From Candidatus Marinacidobacterales bacterium (GTDB lineage: Bacteria; Acidobacteriota; Vicinamibacteria; Marinacidobacterales; DATDRI01), in contig OZ245365.1 of assembly GCA_965226495.1 (NCBI GenBank), forward strand, positions 5,728,001 to 5,792,000: a DNA stretch of 64,000 nucleotides, written 5' to 3'. The translations under genes and the position numbers were made by a program. Positions within the stretch are counted from its first letter, which is position 1. Every line of letters starts with the position of its first letter. The notes under the pieces are model-generated. The model was given only the letters and a program-made list of their open reading frames with translations. It did no database searches and was not told the origin of the DNA. Positions 19,576 to 29,008 of this stretch are shown piece by piece.

Positions 19576-20111
19576 CGGCCGCGGCCCTGGGTGGCTGTGG
19601 TGCGGAGGAGTCCACCCAAGGGGTGTCTGTATTGCAGGCGCCAGCAGCAGCGTACAGATTGCCCGCGCCGCCAGGTCAATCCACTTGGCCCGAGGCCCTT
19701 GGCGGAGACTGGCGAGTGATTGAGTGGCTGCCGAACCGAATCGGAACGTGGTCTTTCGAAGAGGGCAACGCACTCGTCGGACAGGTTGCAAAGCTCCACA
19801 CGAGCGAGCTTGAAGTTCCGGGATATTCGTGTGAGCGCCCGAACTTTGCGGTTTCCGACACCGGCAGGTTCTGGGAAAGGTTCGCGCAGTGCATGGGCCC
19901 GGAGCCACGCGGGGATTGTCGGGACATTGGGTGGGTTGGCAAGGCGATGCTCAAGTGCGCCGATTCGGATTCTGACCCGACGGTATTGGCCGAAGTCAGC
20001 GCTAGGTGTCCCGACGGTCTCCCCTTTACGTTTTCGCAGCTGTCGGGCTCAAGAGCCTTTCTAGGATTGCCGGATGGTCGGGGTTCCCTCTGCCTGAAGC
20101 TGATGAAATAG
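19566..20111 (+). CDS. Cys-rich putative lipoprotein cassette gene, 5' end probably clipped by the IS30 junction
   Basis: LAAAALGGC lipobox-like segment, several Cys, stop codon 14 bp before attC3. Confidence 0.55.
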   Translation: MVLAAAALGGCGAEESTQGVSVLQAPAAAYRLPAPPGQSTWPEALGGDWRVIEWLPNRIGTWSFEEGNALVGQVAKLHTSELEVPGYSCERPNFAVSDTGRFWERFAQCMGPEPRGDCRDIGWVGKAMLKCADSDSDPTVLAEVSARCPDGLPFTFSQLSGSRAFLGLPDGRGSLCLKLMK

Positions 20112-20124
20112 TGGCGTGGCAGCC

Positions 20125-20247
20125 GCAGAACACGCCGTTGCAGCGGGCGATCGGCGAAGGAGGGTTGCACCGTGGCAGCGCGAAGCGCTGTCCCTTCGCG
20201 CTCCCGCGTCATTGAGCGGGGCTCGCCGCTTGTCCGCAGTGTTATAC
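20125..20247 (+). mobile_element. Integron attC site 3
   Basis: GCAGAAC...gcagcgggcga / tcgccgcttg...GTTATAC. Confidence 0.7.
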
Positions 20248-20307
20248 GGCGCTGATGTCTTCGACGTTAATGTTGGTTTTGTGGCATCACTTCTGAGTGT
20301 AAACGCA

Positions 20308-20706
20308 ATGAATCAACTCTTTCGGTTCTCCAGTTCGGTTAAACGGGATCCTGCCGTCGATGCCTGGATGGCGGAACATTCGGGTGACTTGGGGGCAATT
20401 GCGCATCACTGGTTTGAGGCCATGCGCAAGTGTGGAGACGATGTCCGAGAACTTTTGCATGACGGCATGCCGACCGCATGTGTAACTGACGCGGCATTCG
20501 CATACGTCAACGCATTCACCGCGCACGTCAATGTCGGGTTTTTTCGCGGCGCCGAGCTTGCGGATCCGGCGGGCCTGTTGGAAGGCACTGGCAAGTATAT
20601 GCGGCATGTTAAGGTCAGGCCGGATGGTGACATCGACGCTAAGGCCCTCATGGGACTTATCGATACTGCATACACGGACATGAAGGACCGCCTTAAGGCG
20701 GAGTAG
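20308..20706 (+). CDS. DUF1801 (YdhG-like) domain protein, gene cassette
   Basis: HVNVGFFRGAELADPAGLLEGTGKYMRHVKV signature. Confidence 0.88.
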   Translation: MNQLFRFSSSVKRDPAVDAWMAEHSGDLGAIAHHWFEAMRKCGDDVRELLHDGMPTACVTDAAFAYVNAFTAHVNVGFFRGAELADPAGLLEGTGKYMRHVKVRPDGDIDAKALMGLIDTAYTDMKDRLKAE

Positions 20707-20757
20707 ATCGTGCCGGCTATCCGTAGATTTGGCCTTTTGGAGGGAATCGAGGCGCCC

Positions 20758-20862
20758 GTATAACAATGGCATGGAGCTGACAGTCCAAAATCGCACCGTC
20801 CTTGCAAAGAGAAGACCAGGGCCGGCGCCATTTTGCCCTCCAGCTCATACCCGACGTTATGC
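20758..20862 (+). mobile_element. Integron attC site 4
   Basis: GTATAAC...atggagctg..caaaat / attttg..cagctcat...GTTATGC. Confidence 0.85.
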
Positions 20863-20901
20863 AGACAGGCGTGCGATCCTCTTGCGGCGCTCCCAGTCCG
20901 C

Positions 20902-21381
20902 TCACCGTGACTCTACCCCTTCGGTGTAAACGTAGCGCCGCGCGCGGCTCATGACCGCATGCCGCTCATAGCCGACGGGTTCGATCGTCCTGCCGTCTGT
21001 GCGGTAGGTCGAGATGTCACGCGTGGTATTGCCTCCTGTGGATAGCGTGAGTTCCCACGTCCCGCCATCGATCCGCGTTGCTCGAAGCGACTGACTGTAG
21101 TCACCCTCGCTTGCGGCGGCGACGGTCTCGACAAGGGAGTCGATCGCGGACTCCGGGGGAAGGAAGATCACTCCAGGATCCGCGGCGGCGATGTCCTCCG
21201 CCTGCCGGAGTCGCATGATCTCAGCCGAGGGTATCCCGCTCTCGGGGTCGGGAACTAGAGCCACGACCTCGAAAACATGATTGTATGCTTCCAATCGAGA
21301 AACACGTTCCGGGGGGCCGCCGTAGGCCAAGCAACCAGCAAGGAACCCGGCTGCGATGAATCCAGCAGGCCGAAAGGACAT
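20902..21381 (-). CDS. Hypothetical lipoprotein in a reverse-oriented cassette
   Basis: MSFRPAGFIAAGFLAGC lipobox; lies between attC4 and attC5 on the opposite strand. Confidence 0.6.
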   Translation of the reverse strand: MSFRPAGFIAAGFLAGCLAYGGPPERVSRLEAYNHVFEVVALVPDPESGIPSAEIMRLRQAEDIAAADPGVIFLPPESAIDSLVETVAAASEGDYSQSLRATRIDGGTWELTLSTGGNTTRDISTYRTDGRTIEPVGYERHAVMSRARRYVYTEGVESR

Positions 21382-21516
21382 GGCGGGGAAAGTCTACCAG
21401 ACTTCATGGACGAAGAGCCGGTTCGCATCACGCTGACGAGAGCCTCGGAAAAATGAGCGGGGTTTCAGAGACGATCGCCGGAGCAGGAAAGCTATCGAGC
21501 GTAGGCGCGAATAGCT

Positions 21517-21588
21517 GCATGACAAGACGCTGAACCTGACGGCCGGCACGCGTTGTTGGCCAGCCGCAGGTTAGCGACAACGTTAGAC
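21517..21588 (+). mobile_element. Integron attC site 5
   Basis: GCATGAC...cgctgaacctg..ggcc / ggcc..caggttagcg...GTTAGAC. Confidence 0.8.
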
Positions 21589-21631
21589 AGTTCTGAATGG
21601 GAGCCAACCGAATGGGTTGCGCTGCGCGTAC

Positions 21632-21689
21632 TTGAAGGAGTTGGCTCCCCGGGTAGGACTCGAACCTACAGCCATCGGATTAACAGTCC
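21632..21689 (-). repeat. att site: duplicated 3' part of tRNA-Asn (outer copy)
   Basis: ttgaaggagttggctccccgggtaggactcgaacctacagccatcggattaacagtcc is identical to 30393-30450. Confidence 0.95.
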
Positions 21690-24206
21690 CAATCAGGACC
21701 AAACTGACAGCACCCAAGAAGACCTAACCGACACCAAGAACGACGACTTAGACGAGAAGTAGGCGTTCGTGGATCGTCTTGGTTTGGGTTGTTCTGGTAG
21801 CAGCGTGGTAGCAGAACTTACGGCCGAGGAAAACCGGAATGAAACGACTAGGTTGCGCTCAAAGGGAGCGTTGAGTCAAAAGCCCATTTCCGGCCGCGAA
21901 GGCGAACAAACACTGACAAGGGAACCCAATAAGATCAGGCCTCCTCCCGCCAGCAGTTGCCTCAAGTTGTCAGGTTCTGTACGATATTCAAGGACAAAAC
22001 GCGCACAAAATCCTTTCACAGTTGTAAGGCTCGTAATCCTTCCGGGATGACTGGCTGATTCGATTGCCTCCGAGAAAGAGGACCCAGCTTCGTGAGCAAG
22101 GTGGTCGGCATCGACCTGGGCACGACAAACTCGTGCATTGCGGTGTTGGAGGGAGGCACGGCACAGGTCATCCCCAATCAGGAGGGTGCGCGGACGACTC
22201 CTTCCATCGTGGCCTTTACCAACAAGGGCGAGCGGCTAGTGGGACAGATCGCTAAGCGGCAAGCCCTGACCAATCCCCAAAACACCGTCTACGGCATCAA
22301 GAGGCTGATCGGACGGCGATTCGACTCTCCAGAAATCGAGGGCGTCAAGAACGTTCTCCCCTACGAGATGGTCCAGTCCGCCAACGGAGACGCCCACATC
22401 AAGATCGACGATAAGGTCTATAGCCCCCCTGAGCTCTTGGCCATCGTCCTTCAAAAGCTCAAAGCGGCGGCGGAAGACTATCTCGGTGAGCCGGTGGAAG
22501 ATGCCATCATCACTGCTCCGGCGTATTTCAATGAAGCTCAGCGACAAGCTATCAAAGATGCCGGGGCGATCGCGGGACTGAAGGTGCTGCGTATCCTGAA
22601 TGCGCCTACAACCGCCGCGCTGGCCTACGGGCCCCAACATACGCAAGCCGCTACGGTCGCGGTTTACGACCTCGGTGGAGGCACTTTCGACATCTCGATC
22701 CTAGAGCTCACGGACGGGCTTTACCAGGTACTCTCCACCGGTGGCGACACCTATCTCGGGGGCGAGGACATCGATCAGCTCATCATCAATTGGCTTGTCG
22801 ATGAGTTCAAGAAGGAGACCGAGATCGATCTCACCGGGGATCGCATGGCGCTCCAGAGGCTAAAGGAAGCCGCAGAGAAGGCCAAGTGCGAGCTCTCGAC
22901 GTCTGCTCAGTCGGAGATCGTTCTTCCCTTTATCTCCGTAAACCAGTCCGGCCCTAAACATCTCAACACCGTCCTCACGAAAGGAAAGTTCGAGGAGATG
23001 ATCGATCCGCTGCTCGAACGGACTGTCGAGCCGTGCATGAAAGCCTTGAAGGACGCCGGCCTTACGAAAGACGAGATCGACGACGTCGTTATGGTGGGCG
23101 GCCAGACCCGTACGCCCAAGGTCCTCGAGACCGTACGGAAGGTCTTTGGCCGCGAGCCCAACCGAAGTGTGAACCCCGACGAAGTCGTGTCGATGGGGGC
23201 CGCGATCCAGACCGGCATCACATCGGGAGAGGTCACCGACCTCGTTCTGCTCGACATCACGCCGCACACGTTCGGTATCGAAACCAAGGATGGGACGTTT
23301 ACACCGCTCATCGATCGTCAGGCTACCGTTCCCACCAAGAAGAGCCGCATCTTCACGACAGACGCTGACAACCAGACCACGTTCGAGGTTCACGTACTAC
23401 AGGGAGAGAACGAGCAGGCCGCCTACAACACGTCTTTGGGTCGATTCTCATTGGCGCACATTGCTCCCGCCCCAAAGGGTAATCCCAAAATCGAGGTAAG
23501 CTTCGAAATCGACATAAACGGGATTCTATACGTCACCGCCCTCGACCTGGCGACGGGCCACGAGGAGAACTTTGTTCCCCGCGCCACGGGCGGACTCACA
23601 ATGTCTGAGGTCGATCGCCTTCGTGATGAGTTCCGATCCAGGGCCGAAGAGTGGCAAAAAGAAACAGAGCGACAACGAGGAAAAGAACAGCTCCTAGTAC
23701 TGATCGCCAACACGAAGAAGAAATTGTCCGCGGTTTCGGGCAAGCTCACCGAAGACGAGCGTGCTCGCGCACAGGAGGCCCTCGAAGCCGCCGAACAGGC
23801 CACGAGTGGAGACAACCGGGAGGTTAGTGCCGATCCGTCCCGTCTCCAGGCGCTCGCCGAGCGGCTCTCGCAGGTTTCGAATGCTGTTGTGGCGAGAGTC
23901 ATTGAGGAGGCAAAAGCGCACGGTTGGCAGATACAGGTCACCTGCCCTGCCTGCGATACGCAGTTGAAGGTCTCTCCAAAGGCCACGGACCCCGGCAAGC
24001 GCATTAGATGCCCTAGCTGCCGCAACGTCTTTGACTTCTAGCGCCTTGACATCTCCCTGGATGAATACCGAGTTCGCATAGCCACTTCTTTACTGATTGC
24101 TCTTCTTGGCTGACAGCCACAAAAGCCGTCACAAATAGTAGTAGCGAAAAAGTGGTAGCAAAGGCCGGAAACGGGAGGACCCGAAGCCCGCAAGAGTTTG
24201 AAGGAG
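21690..24206. mobile_element. Island A: 2.5-kb integrase-less element integrated at tRNA-Asn
   Basis: Flanked by tRNA-Asn 3' repeats; TGGTAGCA arm-like repeats at 21795/21806 and 24153. Confidence 0.8.
22092..24041 (+). CDS. dnaK: Divergent Hsp70/DnaK paralog with C-terminal zinc ribbon (MJ0042-like)
   Basis: GIDLGTTNS, YDLGGGTFDIS, LGGED, VGGQTR, NPDE, linker DLVLLD; tail CPAC-x17-CPSC. Confidence 0.9.
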   Translation: MSKVVGIDLGTTNSCIAVLEGGTAQVIPNQEGARTTPSIVAFTNKGERLVGQIAKRQALTNPQNTVYGIKRLIGRRFDSPEIEGVKNVLPYEMVQSANGDAHIKIDDKVYSPPELLAIVLQKLKAAAEDYLGEPVEDAIITAPAYFNEAQRQAIKDAGAIAGLKVLRILNAPTTAALAYGPQHTQAATVAVYDLGGGTFDISILELTDGLYQVLSTGGDTYLGGEDIDQLIINWLVDEFKKETEIDLTGDRMALQRLKEAAEKAKCELSTSAQSEIVLPFISVNQSGPKHLNTVLTKGKFEEMIDPLLERTVEPCMKALKDAGLTKDEIDDVVMVGGQTRTPKVLETVRKVFGREPNRSVNPDEVVSMGAAIQTGITSGEVTDLVLLDITPHTFGIETKDGTFTPLIDRQATVPTKKSRIFTTDADNQTTFEVHVLQGENEQAAYNTSLGRFSLAHIAPAPKGNPKIEVSFEIDINGILYVTALDLATGHEENFVPRATGGLTMSEVDRLRDEFRSRAEEWQKETERQRGKEQLLVLIANTKKKLSAVSGKLTEDERARAQEALEAAEQATSGDNREVSADPSRLQALAERLSQVSNAVVARVIEEAKAHGWQIQVTCPACDTQLKVSPKATDPGKRIRCPSCRNVFDF

Positions 24207-24253
24207 TGGCTCCCCGGGTAGGACTCGAACCTACAGCCATCGGATTAACAGTC
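24196..24253 (-). repeat. att site: duplicated 3' part of tRNA-Asn (middle copy)
   Basis: tggctccccgggtaggactcgaacctacagccatcggattaacagtc matches the tRNA-Asn 3' 47 nt. Confidence 0.95.
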
Positions 24254-24720
24254 GTGCTCAGCTGAACACCAACGAGCACCAACCGAGTCCAACTGGCACG
24301 AAAGGCTCGAAGAAGCGATGACGGTCGTCTCCGTTGTTTCGGCTAGCCCAGAGCACTTTTGGCACCAACGCGGCACCAAAAGGCGCGGTCAACCAGCCGT
24401 GTTGGTCCTACGTTTCTCGTATCTCGTCGAGACCAAGACTTTGTGCGCGGTCAGACGAAATCTCAGCACTGTGTACCCTTCTCCCAAGGGTGATGCCGAT
24501 CCTTCCTCCATTCGACACGACGAGGAAACGACGCGACGCGCACACCGCGCTGCAAGTTTCATGACGGAAGCATCGTGGGCCGCGTCCGCCGACAGGCGCT
24601 CTTAGCTAGAAATGAAACGCGACGCCGAAAACGGGTCCTTGGTAGGTGACGTCCAAGCCGAACTTCTTGCTCGCGCCACACTGCGGGGTGCGCTCTCCAT
24701 CGATCCAACTCCTTCGTGCC

Positions 24721-24757
24721 AATGAAAATGGCTGCCCGCGGTTGGCCGCGGGCAGCC
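24721..24757 (-). terminator. Probable intrinsic terminator of the sulfatase gene
   Basis: ggctgcccgcgg-ttgg-ccgcgggcagcc perfect hairpin followed by attttcatt on the minus strand. Confidence 0.6.
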
Positions 24758-24827
24758 GATCAACAAACGCTCTTACGAATGCGATTCGTCGATCAACAGA
24801 GTGTCTCGCAGAGCAAGTCCGAAGTAG

Positions 24828-26546
24828 CTACTTTTTGATGCCCCAATCGGCCTCGAATTTCTCGTATTCCCGAGAGCGTTTTAGCACTTCGTCGACATCG
24901 AAAGGAACGTCGCCTTTATTGAAACGAGATTTTGACGCCTTGATGGTTTCGGGCCGCGCGTTGGCAATGCCGGTCAGGGGAAACCCTTTTGCCTCATCAA
25001 CGTTGGGATACTTTTCCATCCAGATCTCATGACGCGCTTTCATAGTGTTAAACATCCCCTTGGTGGGAAACATGGGGAGCATCATGCCTTGCACTTCCCG
25101 CGGGTCGTTGTAGAGGTCGTAGAAAGATGCACCACTGAGTCCCGGGAGCTCGCCCACCCAATGCCGCTTGAATCGGCCTTTGACCGACGCCGCGTAGATT
25201 TCCCCAGTGTAAATATGAACATAATCGCGTCGACTATGGCTGTCACCGTTCAAAAACAGAGACGTTTGGTCTATCCCATCAATAATGCGATCGGTAGGAA
25301 TATGCCTGGTCGCTCCACCGAGACGGGCGAAGGTGGTAAACAAGTCGGTAATGTGAATGATATCCCCAACGGTCTGACCTGGTTCGATCATCCCTGGCCA
25401 CATTGCCATGGCGGCGACCCGGACACCGCCTTCAAGATAGTCACCTTTTCCACCACGATAAAGCGTTTCAACCATTCCCGGCGGGCCGTTATGGGTCATC
25501 GGGCCGTTGTCCGCCATAAAAATGACCAGGGTATTCTCGGCGATGCCTAGCTCTTTCAGCCGTTTCATTAGATTACCCACAAAGGGATCGAACCTCGCAA
25601 GCCCCTCCTGCAGGAATCCACGCGATAGAGTATTTATATCCGGGTGTGGTCCAAAGGCAATAAGGCTGGGCCACAAGGAAACATAGAACGGTTTGTTCGC
25701 GGCGGCGTTCTTCTCAATAAAGGCCATGGTCCGCACTTCTTCCTGTTCCAGCGCCGCGTACCAGTTCTTGAGGTCTGTTGATGGAAGAAACTCTCTGACT
25801 TCTCCACCCTTTATTCCCTCGAGGTGCCACACGGCACCCTTAGGGCGCCAACCTTTATCCAAATCGTAAGGATCGGCCGGGAAAATCTCGGGGTGTAAGC
25901 TAGTTGGTGCTAATGCACCGGCGGCTTCGAGTTGCGGCAGGTACATACTTGGCACCTGGTTATACGGGGTCCACAATGCCTCATCAAAACCCTGCTTGGT
26001 GGCATAACTTTCTTCAACATCACCCAGGTGCCATTTACCGAAGAACCCGGTCGCATAACCGGCCTCACTAAGCACCTCACCCATGGTGACTTCATCTTTC
26101 GCCAGTCCCCCGTATTCGTACGGGAAGCCAACGTTGAACATGCCGTTTCGGCTCGGCATACGCCCCGTCATGGCGGCGGATCGACTTTGGGTACACGCTA
26201 TCTCGGTGTACATCCGCATAAAGATGATGCCTTCACTCGCCAACTGGTTCAGATTAGGGGTTGAAAAACCGCGAATCTTTTGAATCGCAGGCACACCGAC
26301 TTCGCCAACTGCTGTGTCATCTACCATCAAGTGGACGATATTCGGCGGCGTTCCGTGCTTCTCTCGGAGCGCGGCGAGCCTCGCGTCTAGCTCTTCATCC
26401 TCGGCTGCCCACTTGTCGCCGTGCTGGGCCTTTAGGACATAAAACTCGGCGTCGTGTACGATTTCCATATTCTCGGGCTGAGCCCAAGCGAAGCTGCTCG
26501 TCACAAGCAGCAAACAGACTGTCATTCCCGTAACACTTTTCATCAT
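24828..26546 (-). CDS. Exported arylsulfatase (formylglycine-dependent family)
   Basis: PNIVHLMVDD, CTQSRSAAMTGR, GKWHLG, NTLVIFMADNG, GGKG...EGGVRV, YDLYNDPRE; RBS GAAGGAG before MMKSV. Confidence 0.9.
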   Translation of the reverse strand: MMKSVTGMTVCLLLVTSSFAWAQPENMEIVHDAEFYVLKAQHGDKWAAEDEELDARLAALREKHGTPPNIVHLMVDDTAVGEVGVPAIQKIRGFSTPNLNQLASEGIIFMRMYTEIACTQSRSAAMTGRMPSRNGMFNVGFPYEYGGLAKDEVTMGEVLSEAGYATGFFGKWHLGDVEESYATKQGFDEALWTPYNQVPSMYLPQLEAAGALAPTSLHPEIFPADPYDLDKGWRPKGAVWHLEGIKGGEVREFLPSTDLKNWYAALEQEEVRTMAFIEKNAAANKPFYVSLWPSLIAFGPHPDINTLSRGFLQEGLARFDPFVGNLMKRLKELGIAENTLVIFMADNGPMTHNGPPGMVETLYRGGKGDYLEGGVRVAAMAMWPGMIEPGQTVGDIIHITDLFTTFARLGGATRHIPTDRIIDGIDQTSLFLNGDSHSRRDYVHIYTGEIYAASVKGRFKRHWVGELPGLSGASFYDLYNDPREVQGMMLPMFPTKGMFNTMKARHEIWMEKYPNVDEAKGFPLTGIANARPETIKASKSRFNKGDVPFDVDEVLKRSREYEKFEADWGIKK

Positions 26547-27252
26547 CGTGGTACTCCTTCGGTAAAAAGAGGAAGTGGTTGTGTATTGGTTCAGCGTGAA
26601 GATGACAGCGAGGTTGGAGGTTAACGCAACGCCGGGCGGCAGGAAGTCCCCTCTCACCCCAGGGATCGTATCATGGTTCTCGGGCGCTCTCTGGTGCTCA
26701 TTGCTTGTGGGCGAGAGGGAACGGAGTGGGCTTCCTGGGATCAGAGTGTTCATGCTGCTCATACGCTGCTCTCACGCGGCGCCTCCCGAGCCTGCTCGAG
26801 TTTCCGGTCGCGCTCCGACCAGATCTCTGTGGCCTTGCCATCCATCAAGTCCGGCGGCGCTAGGTAGCCGAATCGCGCTGTGCAGGCGAACCCCTAGAAT
26901 TTCAAAGGCGTGAACGCGCTTTCCAACCTACGGATTACGCATAGGATCGCGGCCACGTGAGCGCGACACCTCGGGTCCGATATTTCGTGGCAGCGCGAGT
27001 GTGGTAGACAGGGGTTACGCTCATCTCCGCGCCTCTGATCGACACAGACACTCCTCAACCGCCTTGCCCTGTTTGCTTGAGTTCTGCTACCCTCACCAGG
27101 ACTCACTCGGACTGCACAGCCCTATCCTGGTGGGGGAAATTCGAGCGGACCGGGGCCGGACACGTATGAAATTTCCTATCCTTCTCCAGTACCAAGGGCA
27201 ATACTTGGGATAGGGGAAAGCAAATTCCTTCCTGTATCCTGGGGGACATCCA

Positions 27253-27768
27253 ATGAGGCAATTATCGAGTTTTGGGGTTGTGATCTTTCTAGTCAGTATG
27301 TCTTTGCAAGGCTGTGCGCCGGAGCCGGGGCGTGCCGTCGAAGAAGCTCCCACCACCGAGGCAGACGTGGAGGCGGTCAAGAGGGTGCGAGAGCAAGCCG
27401 TGGCCGCGATCAACGCAGGCGACGCGGACGCTGTCGCTGCTCTGGCTACCGACGACATAGTGTGGATGCCGCAGGACAAACCGACCAGCATTGGCAAAGA
27501 GGCGTTTCGATTGTACTGGGTCGCGCTCTTCGAGCAGTTCGTCTTCGACAGAACCCTCTCCCACGATGAGGTCATCGTGGCTGGCGACTGGGCGATTCAT
27601 CGGAGCACACTGGAAGGCACGCTGACCCCAAAATCCGGGGGTGAGTCGAGGTCCCATAGCGCGAAGGCCATCGACATTCTAAGACGCCAGCCGGACGGCT
27701 CTTGGAAGCACGCACGCATCATCTTCAACAGCAATAGCCCGGATGTTGCCGCTCATCCAAACTTGTAA
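27253..27768 (+). CDS. NTF2-like/SnoaL (DUF4440/YybH) lipoprotein
   Basis: LQGC lipobox; INAGDADAVAAL..DD, AGDWA, LRRQPDGSWK. Confidence 0.85.
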   Translation: MRQLSSFGVVIFLVSMSLQGCAPEPGRAVEEAPTTEADVEAVKRVREQAVAAINAGDADAVAALATDDIVWMPQDKPTSIGKEAFRLYWVALFEQFVFDRTLSHDEVIVAGDWAIHRSTLEGTLTPKSGGESRSHSAKAIDILRRQPDGSWKHARIIFNSNSPDVAAHPNL

Positions 27769-27799
27769 TTCAATATTGGGTTCTGGCCATCCACGCCCC

Positions 27800-27897
27800 A
27801 CTCATCGCGAGCGCGATCCCAAAATCGGTCACCATCGCCTCGCCCTCGTGCAACAGGATGTTCTCCGGCTTGATGTCCCGGTGGATCACATCGTGCC
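27800..27897 (-). pseudogene. Ser/Thr kinase catalytic-loop fragment
   Basis: Translates to HDVIHRDIKPENILLHEGEAMVTDFGIALAMS. Confidence 0.75.
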
Positions 27898-28147
27898 GCA
27901 GGACAGGCTCATCCCTGCCCCGATCATCCATTCGGCCCGCGCTACGCTGACCCCGAGCCTCAACTAACGGTGAACACCCTTATCACGACCGTAAATTCCC
28001 TCGTCCCGACACTGAGGCTCCGGCACCGTAGAAGACGGCGTTCTGCGGTCGTTATCGGGACCGTGGATCGATCCCAGTTGCGCCAATCCGATGGCAACCA
28101 CGGGGCCTTTCCTTGATTCCTCCATCACGTGGACCGACCTAGCAGGG

Positions 28148-28387
28148 TCAGGTTCGATCTAGCGCGGCAGGATGAGCGCGTTTTGGTCGAACACCGAACG
28201 CGCCGATGTAAATGACATTCCCGTCGCGCACGACGGCAGCGGTCAGTCCCGGTATCCCGCTCGTCCGCACCTGCTCCACCAGGTAACTGTCGATGCGCGC
28301 GCGAAGATCCTGTGCGCTCGCGCCCGCTGCCGCGCCTACGATCGACAGAACAACCAGGTAGTTCAATCGAACATTGGCACCCACCAT
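28148..28387 (-). pseudogene. Serine hydrolase (beta-lactamase family) N-terminal fragment
   Basis: Signal peptide + IDSYL...GIPGLTAAVVRDG.VIY..AFGV, truncated before SxxK. Confidence 0.7.
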
Positions 28388-28575
28388 GGCTCGCCCTCCC
28401 GACAGCATGGTCCGTCTAACGGCTTCCGCATAACCGGCCCAAAGCACACGGGCCTACTTCCCAAAATCTAGCGATAGCGGACACGTGGAGCAACAGTTTT
28501 TTAAGCTAGCACTGGCGCGCTTTGGGTCCGCGTTGATGCGCTGGTTATGCGCCACACTTCGAGCTGTATTAAGTT

Positions 28576-28880
28576 CTAATAACCGCTCGTTTGATCGGGC
28601 AGAATCACGTTGTTGCGCTCAACATAGTCTTCCCAAAGTACGATCATTTCAGCGAGCTTCTCCGGATGAGACGCAGATAAATCGTGTATCTCGGCCGGAT
28701 CGTCAGAGAGGTTATACAACGGCCATTTATCTGGCATCACCACGGGTACCACCCCATCACGAATCTCATGCTGCGGTAGATATATAATTGTCCAGTCGCC
28801 CTGGCGGATTGCACGCTTGCCGAACAATTCCCAACCCATGTAGTCGCCAGGCTGTCTAATCGTGTCACTTGCCCCGGTCA
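28576..28880 (-). pseudogene. Arylsulfatase C-terminal fragment
   Basis: GWELFGKRAIRQGDW...LYNLSDDPAEIHDLSASHPEKL..M...WEDY. Confidence 0.75.
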
Positions 28881-28972
28881 GCAACGGCACCGTACCAAGG
28901 AGCTTCGGAGCTTCAGGATCGGCAAACACATTCGAGTTCAGCGCACCGCGCTCGATGACTACCTTCGCAAGG

Positions 28973-29001
28973 TTGACAGGTCACTATACGGAGAGTATAG
29001 T
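28973..29001 (+). promoter_or_regulatory. Sigma70-type promoter with overlapping palindromic operator
   Basis: TTGACA-17 bp-TATAGT; inverted repeat ACTATAC-ggaga-GTATAGT at 28983-29001. Confidence 0.75.
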
Positions 29002-29008
29002 CCGCCTC

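Noticed and set aside
17302-21588. Possible CRISPR array or terminator series
   Set aside because: The units are non-identical long palindromes separated by whole genes with RYYYAAC/GTTRRRY-type ends, which fits attC sites; no cas genes or constant-length spacers
21632-24253. Two extra tRNA-Asn genes
   Set aside because: Only the 3' 47-48 nt are present; the D arm and 5' acceptor strand are missing, so they are att repeats
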